NCBI GenBank assembly: GCA_046565905.1
Contig: JBKHXR010000048.1
Span: 7,236 to 71,235 of the forward strand
Source of the DNA: Thermoleophilia bacterium
Lineage (GTDB): Bacteria; Actinomycetota; Thermoleophilia; Solirubrobacterales; Solirubrobacteraceae
DNA length: 64,000 nucleotides
Reading direction: 5' to 3'
Of the stretch, positions 39,079-48,698 are shown piece by piece (the stretch's first letter is position 1; every line of letters begins with the position of its first letter). A model generated the notes under the pieces. It saw only the letters and a list, made by a program, of their open reading frames with translations, was not told the origin of the DNA and made no database searches. The translations under genes and the position numbers were made by a program.

Positions 39079-39768
39079 ATCGGCGTCTCGTTCCTCATCC
39101 CCGCGTACAACGAGGCGGCGACGATCGGCGAGGTCCTGCGGCGCATCGACGCGCTCGGCCTCGACGCGCAGATCGTCGTCGTCGACGACGGCTCGACCGA
39201 CGCGACGGCGGCGATCGTCGAGGCGTACGCCGACGGGCGCCCGCACGTCGAGCTGCTGCGCCAGCCCAATCGCGGCAAGGGGTCGGCGGTGCGCCTGGCG
39301 GCGACGCGGATGACCGAGGAGATCGCGGTCATCCAGGACGCCGACATGGAGTACGACCCTGCCGACGTCGTCGATCTCATCGCTCCGATCCAGCGCGGCG
39401 TCGCCGACGTCGTCTACGGCTCGCGGCTGAGCGGCGGCGCGCCGCAGCGGGCGTACCTGTTCTGGCATCTGATCGGCAACCGCTTCCTGTCGCTGCTGAC
39501 CGGCGTGCTGTTCAACACGACGCTCAGCGACATGGAGACCGGCTACAAGGCGTTTCGCGCCGACGTGCTGCGCTCGCTGCGCCTCACGCAGGACGACTTC
39601 GCGATCGAGCCGGAGATCACCGGCGAGGTCTGCCGGCGCAAGCTGCGCATCTACGAGATGCCGATCGCCTACTACGGGCGTACGTACGCCGAGGGCAAGA
39701 ACATCACCTGGCGCGACGGCTTCAAGGCGATCCGCGTGCTCGTCCAGGTCCGCCTGCGACGACGGTGA
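39079..39768 (+). CDS. family 2 glycosyltransferase (polyprenyl-phosphate sugar synthase-like); start codon unresolved
   Basis: VSFLIPAYNE, VVVDDGSTD, IQDADMEYDP and GYKAFR motifs are all in one frame. The first ATG/GTG/TTG in that frame is at 39289, downstream of the first two motifs (see findings). Confidence 0.7.
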   Translation: MGVSFLIPAYNEAATIGEVLRRIDALGLDAQIVVVDDGSTDATAAIVEAYADGRPHVELLRQPNRGKGSAVRLAATRMTEEIAVIQDADMEYDPADVVDLIAPIQRGVADVVYGSRLSGGAPQRAYLFWHLIGNRFLSLLTGVLFNTTLSDMETGYKAFRADVLRSLRLTQDDFAIEPEITGEVCRRKLRIYEMPIAYYGRTYAEGKNITWRDGFKAIRVLVQVRLRRR

Positions 39769-40742
39769 GCGAGCGTCCCGGCCTGCGGCCGCTGCTCGTG
39801 GCGGTCAGCCTGGTCGTCACGGTGGTGTGCATGTACTTCGCCGTCCGCGGCGTCGCGCTGGCCGACGCCGCCGACGCACTGCGCGACAGCGAGCTGCTCT
39901 GGCTCGTGCCGACGGTGCCGGTCTTCGCCCTGGCGGTCTCCCTGCGCGCGCTGCGCTGGTGGTCGCTGTTCGCCGCCCAGCAGCGCCCGCCGTTGCGTGC
40001 CGTCTCCTACGCGCTGCTGATCGGCTACTTCTTCAACAACATCCTGCCTGCGCGCGCGGGCGAGGCGGCGCGCGTGATCGCGCTGCACAGGCGTGCCTCG
40101 ACGGCAAAGGCGGAGGCCGCGGGAACGGTCGTCGTCGAGCGGCTCTTCGACCTGCTCGCGCTGCTGATCTTGCTGTTCGCCTGCTACCCGTGGCTGCCGG
40201 AGATCTCGTGGCTGCGGGCGGCGGCGGTCTTCGGCGCCGTCGTGGTCGGCGTGCTGCTGACGCTCGCGTTCGTCGTGGTCCGCTACGACGAGCGGGCGAT
40301 CCACTGGCTGCTGTCGCCGCTGCGGCGCGTCAGGCGCGAGGGTGTCGCCGAGCGCCTGGAGGCGGCGGCGGTCAACGCCACGCGCGGTCTCGTCGCGCTG
40401 CGCACGCCGCGGATCGCGCTGCGCGGGATGCTGCTGACGATCGCGTCGTGGGCGACGCTGGGCGTCTCGTACACGATCCTCACCAACGCCTTCTCGTTCG
40501 ACGTGCCGCTCGTCGCCGGGATGCTCGTGACCGTCGCGATCAACCTCTCGCTCGTGCTGCCCGCGTCCCCCGCGGCGCTCGGCGTCTTCGAGGCGGCGAC
40601 CGTGATCGCGCTGCGCGCCTTCGACGTGCCGCACGCCGAGGCGCTCTCCTACGCGCTCGTCCTGCACCTGCTCAACCTCGTGCCGTTCCTCGTGATCGGT
40701 GGGCTGCTGCTCGGGCCCGGCGCGCTGCGCCGGCGCGGGTAG
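39765..40742 (+). CDS. UPF0104 / flippase-like membrane protein, copy 2
   Basis: The GTG start overlaps the GT2 stop (GTGA). Multi-TM protein with NNILPARAGEAARV and LPASPAALGVFEA motifs of the family. Confidence 0.7.
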   Translation: MSERPGLRPLLVAVSLVVTVVCMYFAVRGVALADAADALRDSELLWLVPTVPVFALAVSLRALRWWSLFAAQQRPPLRAVSYALLIGYFFNNILPARAGEAARVIALHRRASTAKAEAAGTVVVERLFDLLALLILLFACYPWLPEISWLRAAAVFGAVVVGVLLTLAFVVVRYDERAIHWLLSPLRRVRREGVAERLEAAAVNATRGLVALRTPRIALRGMLLTIASWATLGVSYTILTNAFSFDVPLVAGMLVTVAINLSLVLPASPAALGVFEAATVIALRAFDVPHAEALSYALVLHLLNLVPFLVIGGLLLGPGALRRRG

Positions 40743-40779
40743 CGAGGGGGCGGCGGCCGGTCTGCGACATCATCCCGGG

Positions 40780-41421
40780 ATGGTCGACGAACCCAAGCGA
40801 CGGACGACGGCGCCGCCGACGAACCTGCGCGAGGCAGTCGGAGGTCCGCTCGGGATGGCCGAGACCTCGCTGCCGGCGGTGGCGTTCGTCGTCGCCTACA
40901 CCGCGTCGGGCTCGGACACGAACACGGCCGCGATCGTCGCCGTCGCCCTCGCGCTCGCCCTGTCGCTCGCACGGATCGTCAAGCGCGAGTCGCCGATCTA
41001 CGCGCTGTCGGGGCTCATCGGCGTGGCGTTCGCGGCGTTCATCGCGACGCGCAGCGGTCGCGCCGAGAACTTCTTCCTCCCCGGCCTGCTGGCGAACGCC
41101 GCGTACGCGGCGGCGTTCGTCGTCTCGCTCGCCGTGCGCCGGCCGCTCGTCGGCGTGATCGTCGCCTCGCTGGACGGCGAGGGCAGCGAGTGGCGCAGCG
41201 ATCCGCTGCGCATGCGGGCGTTCGTCCGCGCGACGTGGCTGTGGGCCGCGCTGTTCGGCCTGCGGCTGCTCGTGCAGCTGCCGCTGTACCTCGCCGGCGC
41301 CGTGGTCGCACTCGGCGTCGTGAAGACGGCGATGGGGGTGCCGCTCTTCGCCTTTGGCATGTGGCTGACGTGGCTGCTCGTGCGGCGCCACCGCGTGCCG
41401 GCGACGCCGGCGCAGGCCTGA
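40780..41421 (+). CDS. DUF3159 family membrane protein
   Basis: 213 aa with 5-6 TM segments. N-terminal GGPLGMAETSLPAVAFVVAY is typical of actinobacterial DUF3159. Confidence 0.6.
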   Translation: MVDEPKRRTTAPPTNLREAVGGPLGMAETSLPAVAFVVAYTASGSDTNTAAIVAVALALALSLARIVKRESPIYALSGLIGVAFAAFIATRSGRAENFFLPGLLANAAYAAAFVVSLAVRRPLVGVIVASLDGEGSEWRSDPLRMRAFVRATWLWAALFGLRLLVQLPLYLAGAVVALGVVKTAMGVPLFAFGMWLTWLLVRRHRVPATPAQA

Positions 41422-41535
41422 GCGACCGGCCGCGGCCGGGGAAGTTGCGCGGGCGCTTCGGCACCGGCGCCGGCGTCTATGTCGAGTTGACCGCGGATAT
41501 CGAGGTCAAAGCGCCACAGGCGCGTCGCCCTGGCG

Positions 41536-42318
41536 TCACCCCGCCACGTGCCGCAGGATGAGCTGCGCCACCGCGTCGGGCCGGTCGAGCGCGAGCAGGT
41601 GGCCGGCCCGCGGGATCTGCTGCAGGCTCGCGCGCGGCAGCTCGCGGCGCAGGCGCTCGGCCACTTGACGGAAGTCGGCGACGTCGCGGTCGCCGATCGC
41701 GATCGCCGTCCGGACGCCGATCGTGCCCAGCCGCTCGGAGACCGGCGGGTCGAGCTCGTCGGACTCGGCGCGCTCGCGCAGTTGCAGATCGAACGCGGCG
41801 CGCTGCATCTCGGCGACCAGCGAGCGGACGTCGTCGGTGCTCTCGCGCGCCCACATCCTGACGTTGATCTCGACGGCGTCGTCGATCCGTCCGACCGCGA
41901 TCGCCTGCTCCTCGGCCAGGGCGAAGGCGAGCAGCTGCGGTGAGGGCTCGATGTCCGGCAGCGCCGGCGCGAGCAGCACGAGCGACGCGACGCGCGCCGG
42001 ATCGGCAACCGCCAGCTCGAGCGCCACGAGACCGCCGAAGGACGCGCCGACGACGTGCGCCCGCGCGATGCCGAGCGCGTCCAGCAGACCGGCGAGATCG
42101 CGGGCCGGGACGAAGCCCCCCGGCATCGAGCGCGTCCGTCCGAAGCCGCGCATGTCGAAGCGCACGACATGATGGGACGCTGTGAGCGCGGGTAGCAGTG
42201 GCTCCCACATGCGCGCGTCGGCGACACCAGCGTGGACGAGCACCACCGACGGCCCTTCGCCCTCCGACCACCACGCGATCCGCGCGCCGGCGACGTCGGC
42301 GATGCCATGGTCGGACAT
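41536..42318 (-). CDS. alpha/beta hydrolase
   Basis: HAGVAD oxyanion region, nucleophile elbow VGASFGG, and a C-terminal His (GHLLAL). Confidence 0.8.
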   Translation of the reverse strand: MSDHGIADVAGARIAWWSEGEGPSVVLVHAGVADARMWEPLLPALTASHHVVRFDMRGFGRTRSMPGGFVPARDLAGLLDALGIARAHVVGASFGGLVALELAVADPARVASLVLLAPALPDIEPSPQLLAFALAEEQAIAVGRIDDAVEINVRMWARESTDDVRSLVAEMQRAAFDLQLRERAESDELDPPVSERLGTIGVRTAIAIGDRDVADFRQVAERLRRELPRASLQQIPRAGHLLALDRPDAVAQLILRHVAG

Positions 42319-42356
42319 TGCGCGCCACCGTACCCCGATCGGGCGATGACGCCGCG

Positions 42357-43208
42357 ATGCGGGTCATGAGCCGCAAGCGCCGGTTGCCGATCGCCGGCAT
42401 GTCGCTGCTCGCCTCGCTGCTCTGCGGCGCGGCGCCGGCGACGGCCTGCGATGTCGGCAAGACGGTGCGCGCGCATGCGGCCGGCCCCGGCCGCGCGCCC
42501 CTGGTCGTCGGCGACTCGACGATGCTGCTCGCCGCCGGGCACCTCGCGGCGCGCGGCATCGAGGCCGACGCCCGCGGCTGCCGGCCCCTCGCCAGGGGCG
42601 TCGAGCTGCTCGCCGCGCGCCGGCGCGCCGGGACGCTGCCGCAGGTGGCGGTGCTTGCGCTCGGCTCCAACGGCGCGATCGGCGGCGCGCAGATCGCGCG
42701 CGCGTTGCGGGTCGTCGGGCCGGCGCGCGTGCTCGGGCTCGTGACGCCGGCGCGCGCCGGCTCGGGCTCGGCCGGCGCGATGCGCCGCGCCGCGCGCCGC
42801 CATCCCGGCCGCGTCGTGCTGATCGACTGGATGCGCTACAGCCGCGGGCGCAGCGGCGTCTTCGCGGGCGACGGGCTGCACGTCAGCGACCGCGGCGCGC
42901 GCCTGTTCGCGCGCTACGTGCGCCGCCGCCTGGAGCCGTTCTTCGCGCCGCACAGCCTGCGCGTCCCCGACCACGCGGCGCACGCCAAGGCGTGCGGGAC
43001 AACGCGCGGGCTCGCCGTGCTCGTCGTCCGCGGCAGATCGCGCGTGAGCTGCGGCCGCGCCCGCGAGCTCGCCCGCGCACGAGCGCTCGCCGGAATCCCC
43101 GGGTGGCGCTACTACGACTGGCGCCGCAGCGGGCGCCGCCCGTGGAGCGCGGTCTACGTCCGCGCCGACCGCAGGATCATCGTGGCGACGCGGCCTAGGT
43201 CACGGTGA
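42357..43208 (+). CDS. secreted SGNH/GDSL-like hydrolase
   Basis: Signal peptide followed by VVGDSTM (block I), ALGSNG (block III) and DGLHVS (block V). Confidence 0.55.
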   Translation: MRVMSRKRRLPIAGMSLLASLLCGAAPATACDVGKTVRAHAAGPGRAPLVVGDSTMLLAAGHLAARGIEADARGCRPLARGVELLAARRRAGTLPQVAVLALGSNGAIGGAQIARALRVVGPARVLGLVTPARAGSGSAGAMRRAARRHPGRVVLIDWMRYSRGRSGVFAGDGLHVSDRGARLFARYVRRRLEPFFAPHSLRVPDHAAHAKACGTTRGLAVLVVRGRSRVSCGRARELARARALAGIPGWRYYDWRRSGRRPWSAVYVRADRRIIVATRPRSR

Positions 43209-43538
43209 CGCGAACGGTCGCGGCCTGCGATACGGGGGCAGGTGGCGAGAGCGCGAGACGCGCTTCGTCGTCCCGTCGGACCAGCGCCCGGCGCAGCGCC
43301 CGCCGGGGATGCGGGCGAGCCGCCTGCCGGGTTTGGAGCAACCGGCGTACGGGTCGCAGCAGGCGATCGGGAAGCTGTCGCGGCGGATGCCGACGATCTG
43401 CCCGGTGCCCAGCCCTACGGCGTCGACGAGCGCGTCGGCCTCGTCGCCCGCGGCCGCGATCGCGGCCGGCATGGCGCCGATCCGCGCGGCGCGCAGCGCG
43501 CGGTCGATCGTCGCGTCGCTCCTGCGGGCGGGCGCCAC
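43200..43538 (-). CDS. possible hypothetical protein (boundaries uncertain)
   Basis: Only the minus-strand frame ending at 43200 keeps high GC3 and a mixed amino-acid composition (..DEADALVDAVGLGTGQIVGIRRDSFPIACCDPYAGC..). There is no family match and the start could be GTG 43538 or ATG 43472. Confidence 0.25.
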   Translation of the reverse strand: MAPARRSDATIDRALRAARIGAMPAAIAAAGDEADALVDAVGLGTGQIVGIRRDSFPIACCDPYAGCSKPGRRLARIPGGRCAGRWSDGTTKRVSRSRHLPPYRRPRPFASP

Positions 43539-43803
43539 GACCTTGGCCTGCGGGGAGGCGGTGGCGACGACGGTGCCGGTTGCCGATCGGCCGGCTGAAC
43601 GGGCGGCGGGCCGCCGCTCGCGAGCGCGAGGCGGGCGGCGAGCGATGACCGCGCGGCGGCCGCCGTGAGCGTGACTCCAGAGCGCCTGATGCATGGACGG
43701 CAGGCGGCGCGGCGGCGCCTGTCCCGGCTCGTGGCCGGTTCCACGGCCTACGCGCACGGGCGGCGCGGCGGCGCCGGTCCCGGCGCGTGGCCGGTTGCAG
43801 GGC

Positions 43804-44844
43804 CTACGCGTGAAAGCCGGCGAGCTCGCCGGCCCGGCCGCGCAGCTCGCGGCGGGTCGCGGCGTCGAGCCGCTCGAACGCGTGCAGGTCGATCCTGCCA
43901 TCGCGGTACCGCCACGTCCCCGCGACGCTGCCGTCGACGAGGAAGACGGCGGCGGAGTGCGGGTTGCGCACGTGGAAGATCCTGCGCCGGTGCTGCTCGG
44001 GCAGGATCCCTGCGCGGCGCGCGTGGACGAGCAGCGTCGCATCCCACGTCGGCAGGAAGCGCACCCCGATCGGGTGCTCGGGATCGGGCAGCGGGGCGCG
44101 GGGCACGTCGAGCAGCTGCTTGCCGTCCTCGCTGCGGAAGCGGCGCAGCTTCAGGCGCTTCAAGGCGGGCGCCAGCTCGCGCCGCGGCAGGCCCGTGTAG
44201 GACGCGACGTCGGCGATCGAGGCGGGCCCGAAGCCGGCGAGGTAGCTGCGCACCAGCCGCGCGGCGGCCTCCTCGGCGCCGATCGCCGGTGGCGGTCCGA
44301 CCCACTCATCGGCCGCGGCGAACAGGTCGGCGCGGCGGCGCTCCCAGGTGCCGGCGGGCGGCACGCGCACGAGATCGACCCACAGGCCGACGCCGGTCGC
44401 GTGCGGCTTGCCGACGAGCGCGTCGAGCTCCCTGCGGCTGATCTGGCCGTGCTCGGCGAGATGCCGGCGCACGCGCCCGGCGAGCTGCTCGAGCTGCGCC
44501 GCCGTCGCGCCCTTGCTCATCCCGCGCAGCCACAGCTCGCGCCGCGCCGTGCGCGTCGCGAGGGCAAACGGCCAGAAGTCGCGCTTGGCGACCAGGTGGA
44601 TCGTGACCCGCATGAGCGTCGCCTGCACCACGGCGCGCTGTTGCAGCGCCCGTGTCAGCGCGCCGCGCTCGAGGTCGCGCATCCGCGACCACAGCCCGAC
44701 GTACATCGATGGCGCGTACTGCGCCTGGATGCCGCCGATCGCCTGCAGCGCCCTGGCGATCGATCCGGTGGCGGGCTCGAGCAGGTGCTGGCGGGCGAGC
44801 ACGGCCCGGTTGAGCTCGCGCGTGGTGAGGATGCGCTCGGCCAC
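43804..44844 (-). CDS. winged-helix HTH_42 superfamily protein, AlkZ-like DNA glycosylase
   Basis: 346 aa with the DUF1006 layout. The N-terminal GGIQAQY carries the Q-x-Q catalytic motif described for AlkZ-like enzymes. Confidence 0.7.
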   Translation of the reverse strand: MAERILTTRELNRAVLARQHLLEPATGSIARALQAIGGIQAQYAPSMYVGLWSRMRDLERGALTRALQQRAVVQATLMRVTIHLVAKRDFWPFALATRTARRELWLRGMSKGATAAQLEQLAGRVRRHLAEHGQISRRELDALVGKPHATGVGLWVDLVRVPPAGTWERRRADLFAAADEWVGPPPAIGAEEAAARLVRSYLAGFGPASIADVASYTGLPRRELAPALKRLKLRRFRSEDGKQLLDVPRAPLPDPEHPIGVRFLPTWDATLLVHARRAGILPEQHRRRIFHVRNPHSAAVFLVDGSVAGTWRYRDGRIDLHAFERLDAATRRELRGRAGELAGFHA

Positions 44845-45025
44845 CTGCGGGAGAGCTCAGCGCTGCCGCGTCCGGTCGCGGACGAGCCTGAGCAGCGCGG
44901 CCGGCAGCGCGGCGGGCGGCGCTGCCGCGAGCGGCATCGGCACCCGCGGGCAGCGTGCGAGAACGAACGACGCCGCCATCGAGGCACGCCCCGCCGAGAT
45001 CAGCGCCGGCCTGCCGGCAGCCGCG

Positions 45026-46642
45026 CTACTCCCACTCGATCGTCCCCGGCGGCTTGGACGTGATGTCCAGCACGACGCGGTTGACGTCGCGCAGCTCGTT
45101 GATCATCCGCGACGCGATCTGCTCGAGCAGGTCGTAGGGCAGGCGCGCCCAGTCGGCGGTCATCGCGTCGTCGGAGGTGACGGCGCGGATGACGACGACG
45201 CTTCCGTACGTGCGCTCGTCGCCCTGCACGCCGACCGTGCGGATGTCCGGCAGCACGCAGAACGACTGCCAGAGGTCGCGGTACAGGCCGGCGCCGCGGA
45301 TCTCGTCCTGCAGGATGTAGTCGCACTCGCGCAGCAGGTCCAGGCGCTCCTTGGTCGCCTCGCCGCCGACGATCCGGATCGCCAGGCCGGGGCCGGGGAA
45401 CGGCTGGCGCCAGACGAGGCGCTCGGGCAGGCCGAGCTCGGCGCCGACGGCGCGGACCTCGTCCTTGAACAGCGCCCGCAGCGGCTCGACGAGCTCGAAC
45501 TGCAGGTCGTCGGGCAGGCCGCCGACGTTGTGGTGGGACTTGATCGTCGCCGCGCCGGTGCCGCCGCCGGACTCGATCACGTCGGAGTACAGGGTGCCCT
45601 GCACGAGGTAGCGGGCGTCGCCGAGCTTTGCCGCCTCCTCCTCGAAGACGCGGATGAACTCGCGACCGATCGCCTTGCGCTTGGTCTCGGGATCGCTGAC
45701 GCCGGCGAGCCGCTCGAGGAAGCGCTGCTCGGCGTCGACGGCGACGAGCGGCACCTTGAAGTGGTCGCGGAAGGCGGCGATCACCTGCTCGCCCTCGTTC
45801 TTTCGCATCAGCCCGTGGTCGACGAAGACGCACGTGAGCTGGTCGCCGATCGCGCGGTGCACGAGCAGCGCGGCCACGCTGGAGTCGACCCCGCCGCTGA
45901 GCCCGCAGATCACCCTGCCGTCGCCGACCTGCGCGCGGATCCGGGCGATCTGCTCGGAGACGATGCTCTCGGGCGACCACGACCGGTCGGCCTCGCAGAT
46001 CTCGGCCAGGAAGCGCTCGAGGATCGTCTGGCCGTACGGGGTGTGGACGACCTCGGGATGGAACTGGATGCCGTAGATGCCGCGCTCGACGGACTCCAGC
46101 GCGGCGACGGGCGAGCCGGTCGACGAGGCCAGCGCCGTGAACCCCGGGGGCGGCTCGAAGACCGTGTCGCGGTGCGACATCCAGCACGTCTGATCGGTCG
46201 GCAGCCCGGCGAAGAGGCGCCCATGCTCGCGCACGGTCAGCTCCGAGCGTCCGAACTCGCCGACCTCCGCGCCCTCCACCTTGCCGCCGAGTGCGAGCGC
46301 GAGCAGCTGCATGCCGTAGCAGATGCCGAGCACCGGGATGCCGAGCTCGAGCAGCTCGCGCTCCAGGCGCGGCGCGCCCGGCGCGTAGACCGACGCCGGC
46401 CCCCCCGACAGGATCAGGCCCTTGGGCTTGCGCCGCCGGACCTCCGCCGCGCCGACGTGGTGGGGCAGCAGCTCGCTGAAGACGCCCAGCTCGCGGACGC
46501 GGCGGGCGATCAGCTGCGAGTACTGGCCGCCGTAGTCGAGCACGACGACCTCGTCGACGGCGCGCGGCGCCGTGATCTCGCGAACATCCTCCTCCACCAG
46601 CTCGGTGGCGGCGGTCGCGCTCGTCACGACGCCGTCGCTCAT
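45026..46642 (-). CDS. guaA: GMP synthase (glutamine-hydrolysing)
   Basis: GATase domain (GICYGMQ), PP-loop SGGVDSS, and C-terminal KPPGTIEWE. Start set at MSDGVV. Confidence 0.95.
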   Translation of the reverse strand: MSDGVVTSATAATELVEEDVREITAPRAVDEVVVLDYGGQYSQLIARRVRELGVFSELLPHHVGAAEVRRRKPKGLILSGGPASVYAPGAPRLERELLELGIPVLGICYGMQLLALALGGKVEGAEVGEFGRSELTVREHGRLFAGLPTDQTCWMSHRDTVFEPPPGFTALASSTGSPVAALESVERGIYGIQFHPEVVHTPYGQTILERFLAEICEADRSWSPESIVSEQIARIRAQVGDGRVICGLSGGVDSSVAALLVHRAIGDQLTCVFVDHGLMRKNEGEQVIAAFRDHFKVPLVAVDAEQRFLERLAGVSDPETKRKAIGREFIRVFEEEAAKLGDARYLVQGTLYSDVIESGGGTGAATIKSHHNVGGLPDDLQFELVEPLRALFKDEVRAVGAELGLPERLVWRQPFPGPGLAIRIVGGEATKERLDLLRECDYILQDEIRGAGLYRDLWQSFCVLPDIRTVGVQGDERTYGSVVVIRAVTSDDAMTADWARLPYDLLEQIASRMINELRDVNRVVLDITSKPPGTIEWE

Positions 46643-46697
46643 GACCGGATCCCCCTCCCGGGCCTCACGCCGGCCACGGGCGGGTGGCGGCGCGCGA

Positions 46698-47951
46698 TCA
46701 TGCGTTCTGCGTGAGGGCCGGCTCCTTGTGCGCGCCGTTGCCGTTGGCCGGCTCCGACGGCGGCCGCGAGGCCGCGGCGCCGCCGCGTGCCCCCATGCCG
46801 ACACCCTGCGCGGTCTGCAGCTGCTTTCCCTCGGTCTGCAGCGCCGGGGCGATCATCAGCTCGGCGCGGTTGAACTCCGCGATGTCCTTGTAGCCGCATG
46901 TCGCCATCGAGGTGCGCAGGCCGCCCATCAGGTTGAACGTGCCGTCGTTCTCGTGCGCGGGGCCGGTCAGGATCTCCTCCAGCGAGCCGTTCTGCACCGT
47001 CTTGACGCGCGCCCCGCGCGGCAGCGTGGGGTGGAACGTCGCCATCCCCCAGTGAAAGCCGCGGCCGGGAGCCTCGTAGGCGCGCGCCAGCGGCGACCCG
47101 ATCATGACGGCGTCGGCGCCGCACGCGATCGCCTTGGAGACGTCGCCGCCGTTGCGCATCCCGCCGTCGGCGATGACCTGGCAGTACTCGCCGGTCTCGA
47201 GCATGTGCTGGGAGCGGGCGCCCGCGACGTCGGCGATCGCCGTCGCCTGCGGGACGCCGATGCCGAGCACGCCGCGCGTCGTGCAGGCAGCGCCGGGACC
47301 GACGCCGACGAGCACGCCGGCCGCGCCCGTGCGCATCAGGTGAAGGGCGGTGTGGTAGCTCGCGCAGCCGCCGACGACCACCGGGAGCGGCACCTCGCGG
47401 ATGAACTCCTTGAGGTTCAGCGGCGGCCGCGACTCGTCGCTGGAGACGTGCTCGGCGGAGACGACGGTGCCCTGGATGACGAGGATGTCGACGCCCGCCT
47501 CGAGCGCGATCTCGTAGTACGAGCGCACGCGCTGCGGCGTCAGCGATACCGCGACGACGACGCCCTGCTCCTTGATCTCGGCGATCCGCTGCTTGATCAG
47601 GTGCGGCAGGACGGGGGCCTGGTAGATCTCCTGCATCTCGCGCGTCGCCGCCTCGCGCGGCAGCTGCGCGATCCGCTCGAGCTGCTCGTCGGCGTCCTCG
47701 TAGCGCGTGAAGATGCCCTCGAGGTTCAGCACCGCGAGGCCGCCGAGCTTGCCGATCAGCCCGGCTGTCCTCGGCGACACGACGCCGTCCATCGCGGAGG
47801 CGAGCAGCGGAAGGTCGAAGCGGTAGTCGCCGAGCTTCCACGAGATGTCGACGTCGTCAGGGTCGCGCGTGCGCCGGGACGGCACGATCGCGATGTCGTC
47901 GAAGCCGTATGCACGGCGGGCCTTCTTCCCTCGGCCGATCTCAATCTCCAT
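46698..47951 (-). CDS. GuaB3-family IMP dehydrogenase-related protein
   Basis: N-terminal [30 protein letters not shown] pattern, a TIM-barrel IMPDH-like core without CBS domains, and a Gly/Ala-rich tail. Confidence 0.85.
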   Translation of the reverse strand: MEIEIGRGKKARRAYGFDDIAIVPSRRTRDPDDVDISWKLGDYRFDLPLLASAMDGVVSPRTAGLIGKLGGLAVLNLEGIFTRYEDADEQLERIAQLPREAATREMQEIYQAPVLPHLIKQRIAEIKEQGVVVAVSLTPQRVRSYYEIALEAGVDILVIQGTVVSAEHVSSDESRPPLNLKEFIREVPLPVVVGGCASYHTALHLMRTGAAGVLVGVGPGAACTTRGVLGIGVPQATAIADVAGARSQHMLETGEYCQVIADGGMRNGGDVSKAIACGADAVMIGSPLARAYEAPGRGFHWGMATFHPTLPRGARVKTVQNGSLEEILTGPAHENDGTFNLMGGLRTSMATCGYKDIAEFNRAELMIAPALQTEGKQLQTAQGVGMGARGGAAASRPPSEPANGNGAHKEPALTQNA

Positions 47952-47982
47952 TTGCGAATCCTAGGCGTGTGGGCGGACAAGA

Positions 47983-48004
47983 CGACCCCGCCGAGGCGGG
48001 GTCG
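47983..48004 (-). terminator. hairpin between the secreted-protein gene and the guaB3 promoter region
   Basis: CGACCCCGCC-GA-GGCGGGGTCG, about 9 bp of effective stem. On the minus strand it is followed by TCTTGTCC. Confidence 0.45.
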
Positions 48005-48142
48005 GGAACAGCGAAATCCGCTATTTGCGGGGCGGCGAGAACCAGGGTTCGAGCTTAGCAGCGGGTTTATGAACCCCGGCCTCGCCGCGCCCCGATCCAC
48101 ATCGCCGCACGGGCGCCACGGCGATCTGGCGGCAGCTGCCGG

Positions 48143-48634
48143 TCAGACCGTCACGCTCGCGCTGCAGACCTGCCCCGAGCGGCTCGTCGCCCGCGCGGTG
48201 ATCCTGTCGGGACCGGCGGCGTTGGCGATCCGCCGCTCGACGCTGAAGGAGCCACTCGGCGCCCGCGTCGTCGCCGTCGTCGAGGCGACGCGGACGCCGT
48301 TGCGACGGATCGTCACCTTCCACGCGACGCCGTTGCGGTTCTGGTCGACCTCGAACTCCGTCTCGATGCGGCCGTCGTCGTGCTTGGCCTTGATCTTCGC
48401 GGTGGCCCTGCCGGTGCAGCGGCCCGTCACCCGCTTGGCGCGGTCGCCGCGACGCGCGACGCCGTTGCGCGAGTTGCCGCCGTCGTCGTCGCGCGAGCTG
48501 CTGTCGCGCAGCCCGCCGTTGTCGTCGGCGGCGTCAGGGGCGTCGTCTGCGCCGTTGCCGGCGAGCGCCGCCGCGGGCGCCAGCGCGGTGACGACGAGGA
48601 CTAGGCTCAGGGCGATGGCTCGGGAGGTCTTCAT
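48143..48634 (-). CDS. secreted hypothetical protein, paralogue A
   Basis: Signal peptide MKTSRAIALSLVLVVTALAPAAALA, then a D/G/S-rich linker and a Cys-bracketed domain of about 95 aa that is homologous to the 50818..51216 product. Confidence 0.65.
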   Translation of the reverse strand: MKTSRAIALSLVLVVTALAPAAALAGNGADDAPDAADDNGGLRDSSSRDDDGGNSRNGVARRGDRAKRVTGRCTGRATAKIKAKHDDGRIETEFEVDQNRNGVAWKVTIRRNGVRVASTTATTRAPSGSFSVERRIANAAGPDRITARATSRSGQVCSASVTV

Positions 48635-48698
48635 GGCTTGCTCCAATCGGGAAGGCATGCGTTGACGACACTGTCGGCGCGAGGCGGTCCGGGCCGCA

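Noticed and set aside
39071-39100. Programmed -1 ribosomal frameshift joining ATG 39071 to the GT2 frame.
   Set aside because: There is no X XXY YYZ slippery heptamer or downstream stimulatory structure at the required position. A 1-nt indel or a non-canonical start is more parsimonious (kept as a finding about the start-codon anomaly only).
48004-48142. tRNA-like or sRNA-like element (GGGTTCGAG resembles a T-loop; local GC dip).
   Set aside because: The flanking bases do not form a T-stem. No acceptor, D or anticodon arms could be folded on either strand. The stretch is most simply the 3' UTR of the secreted-protein gene ahead of the hairpin at 47983-48004.
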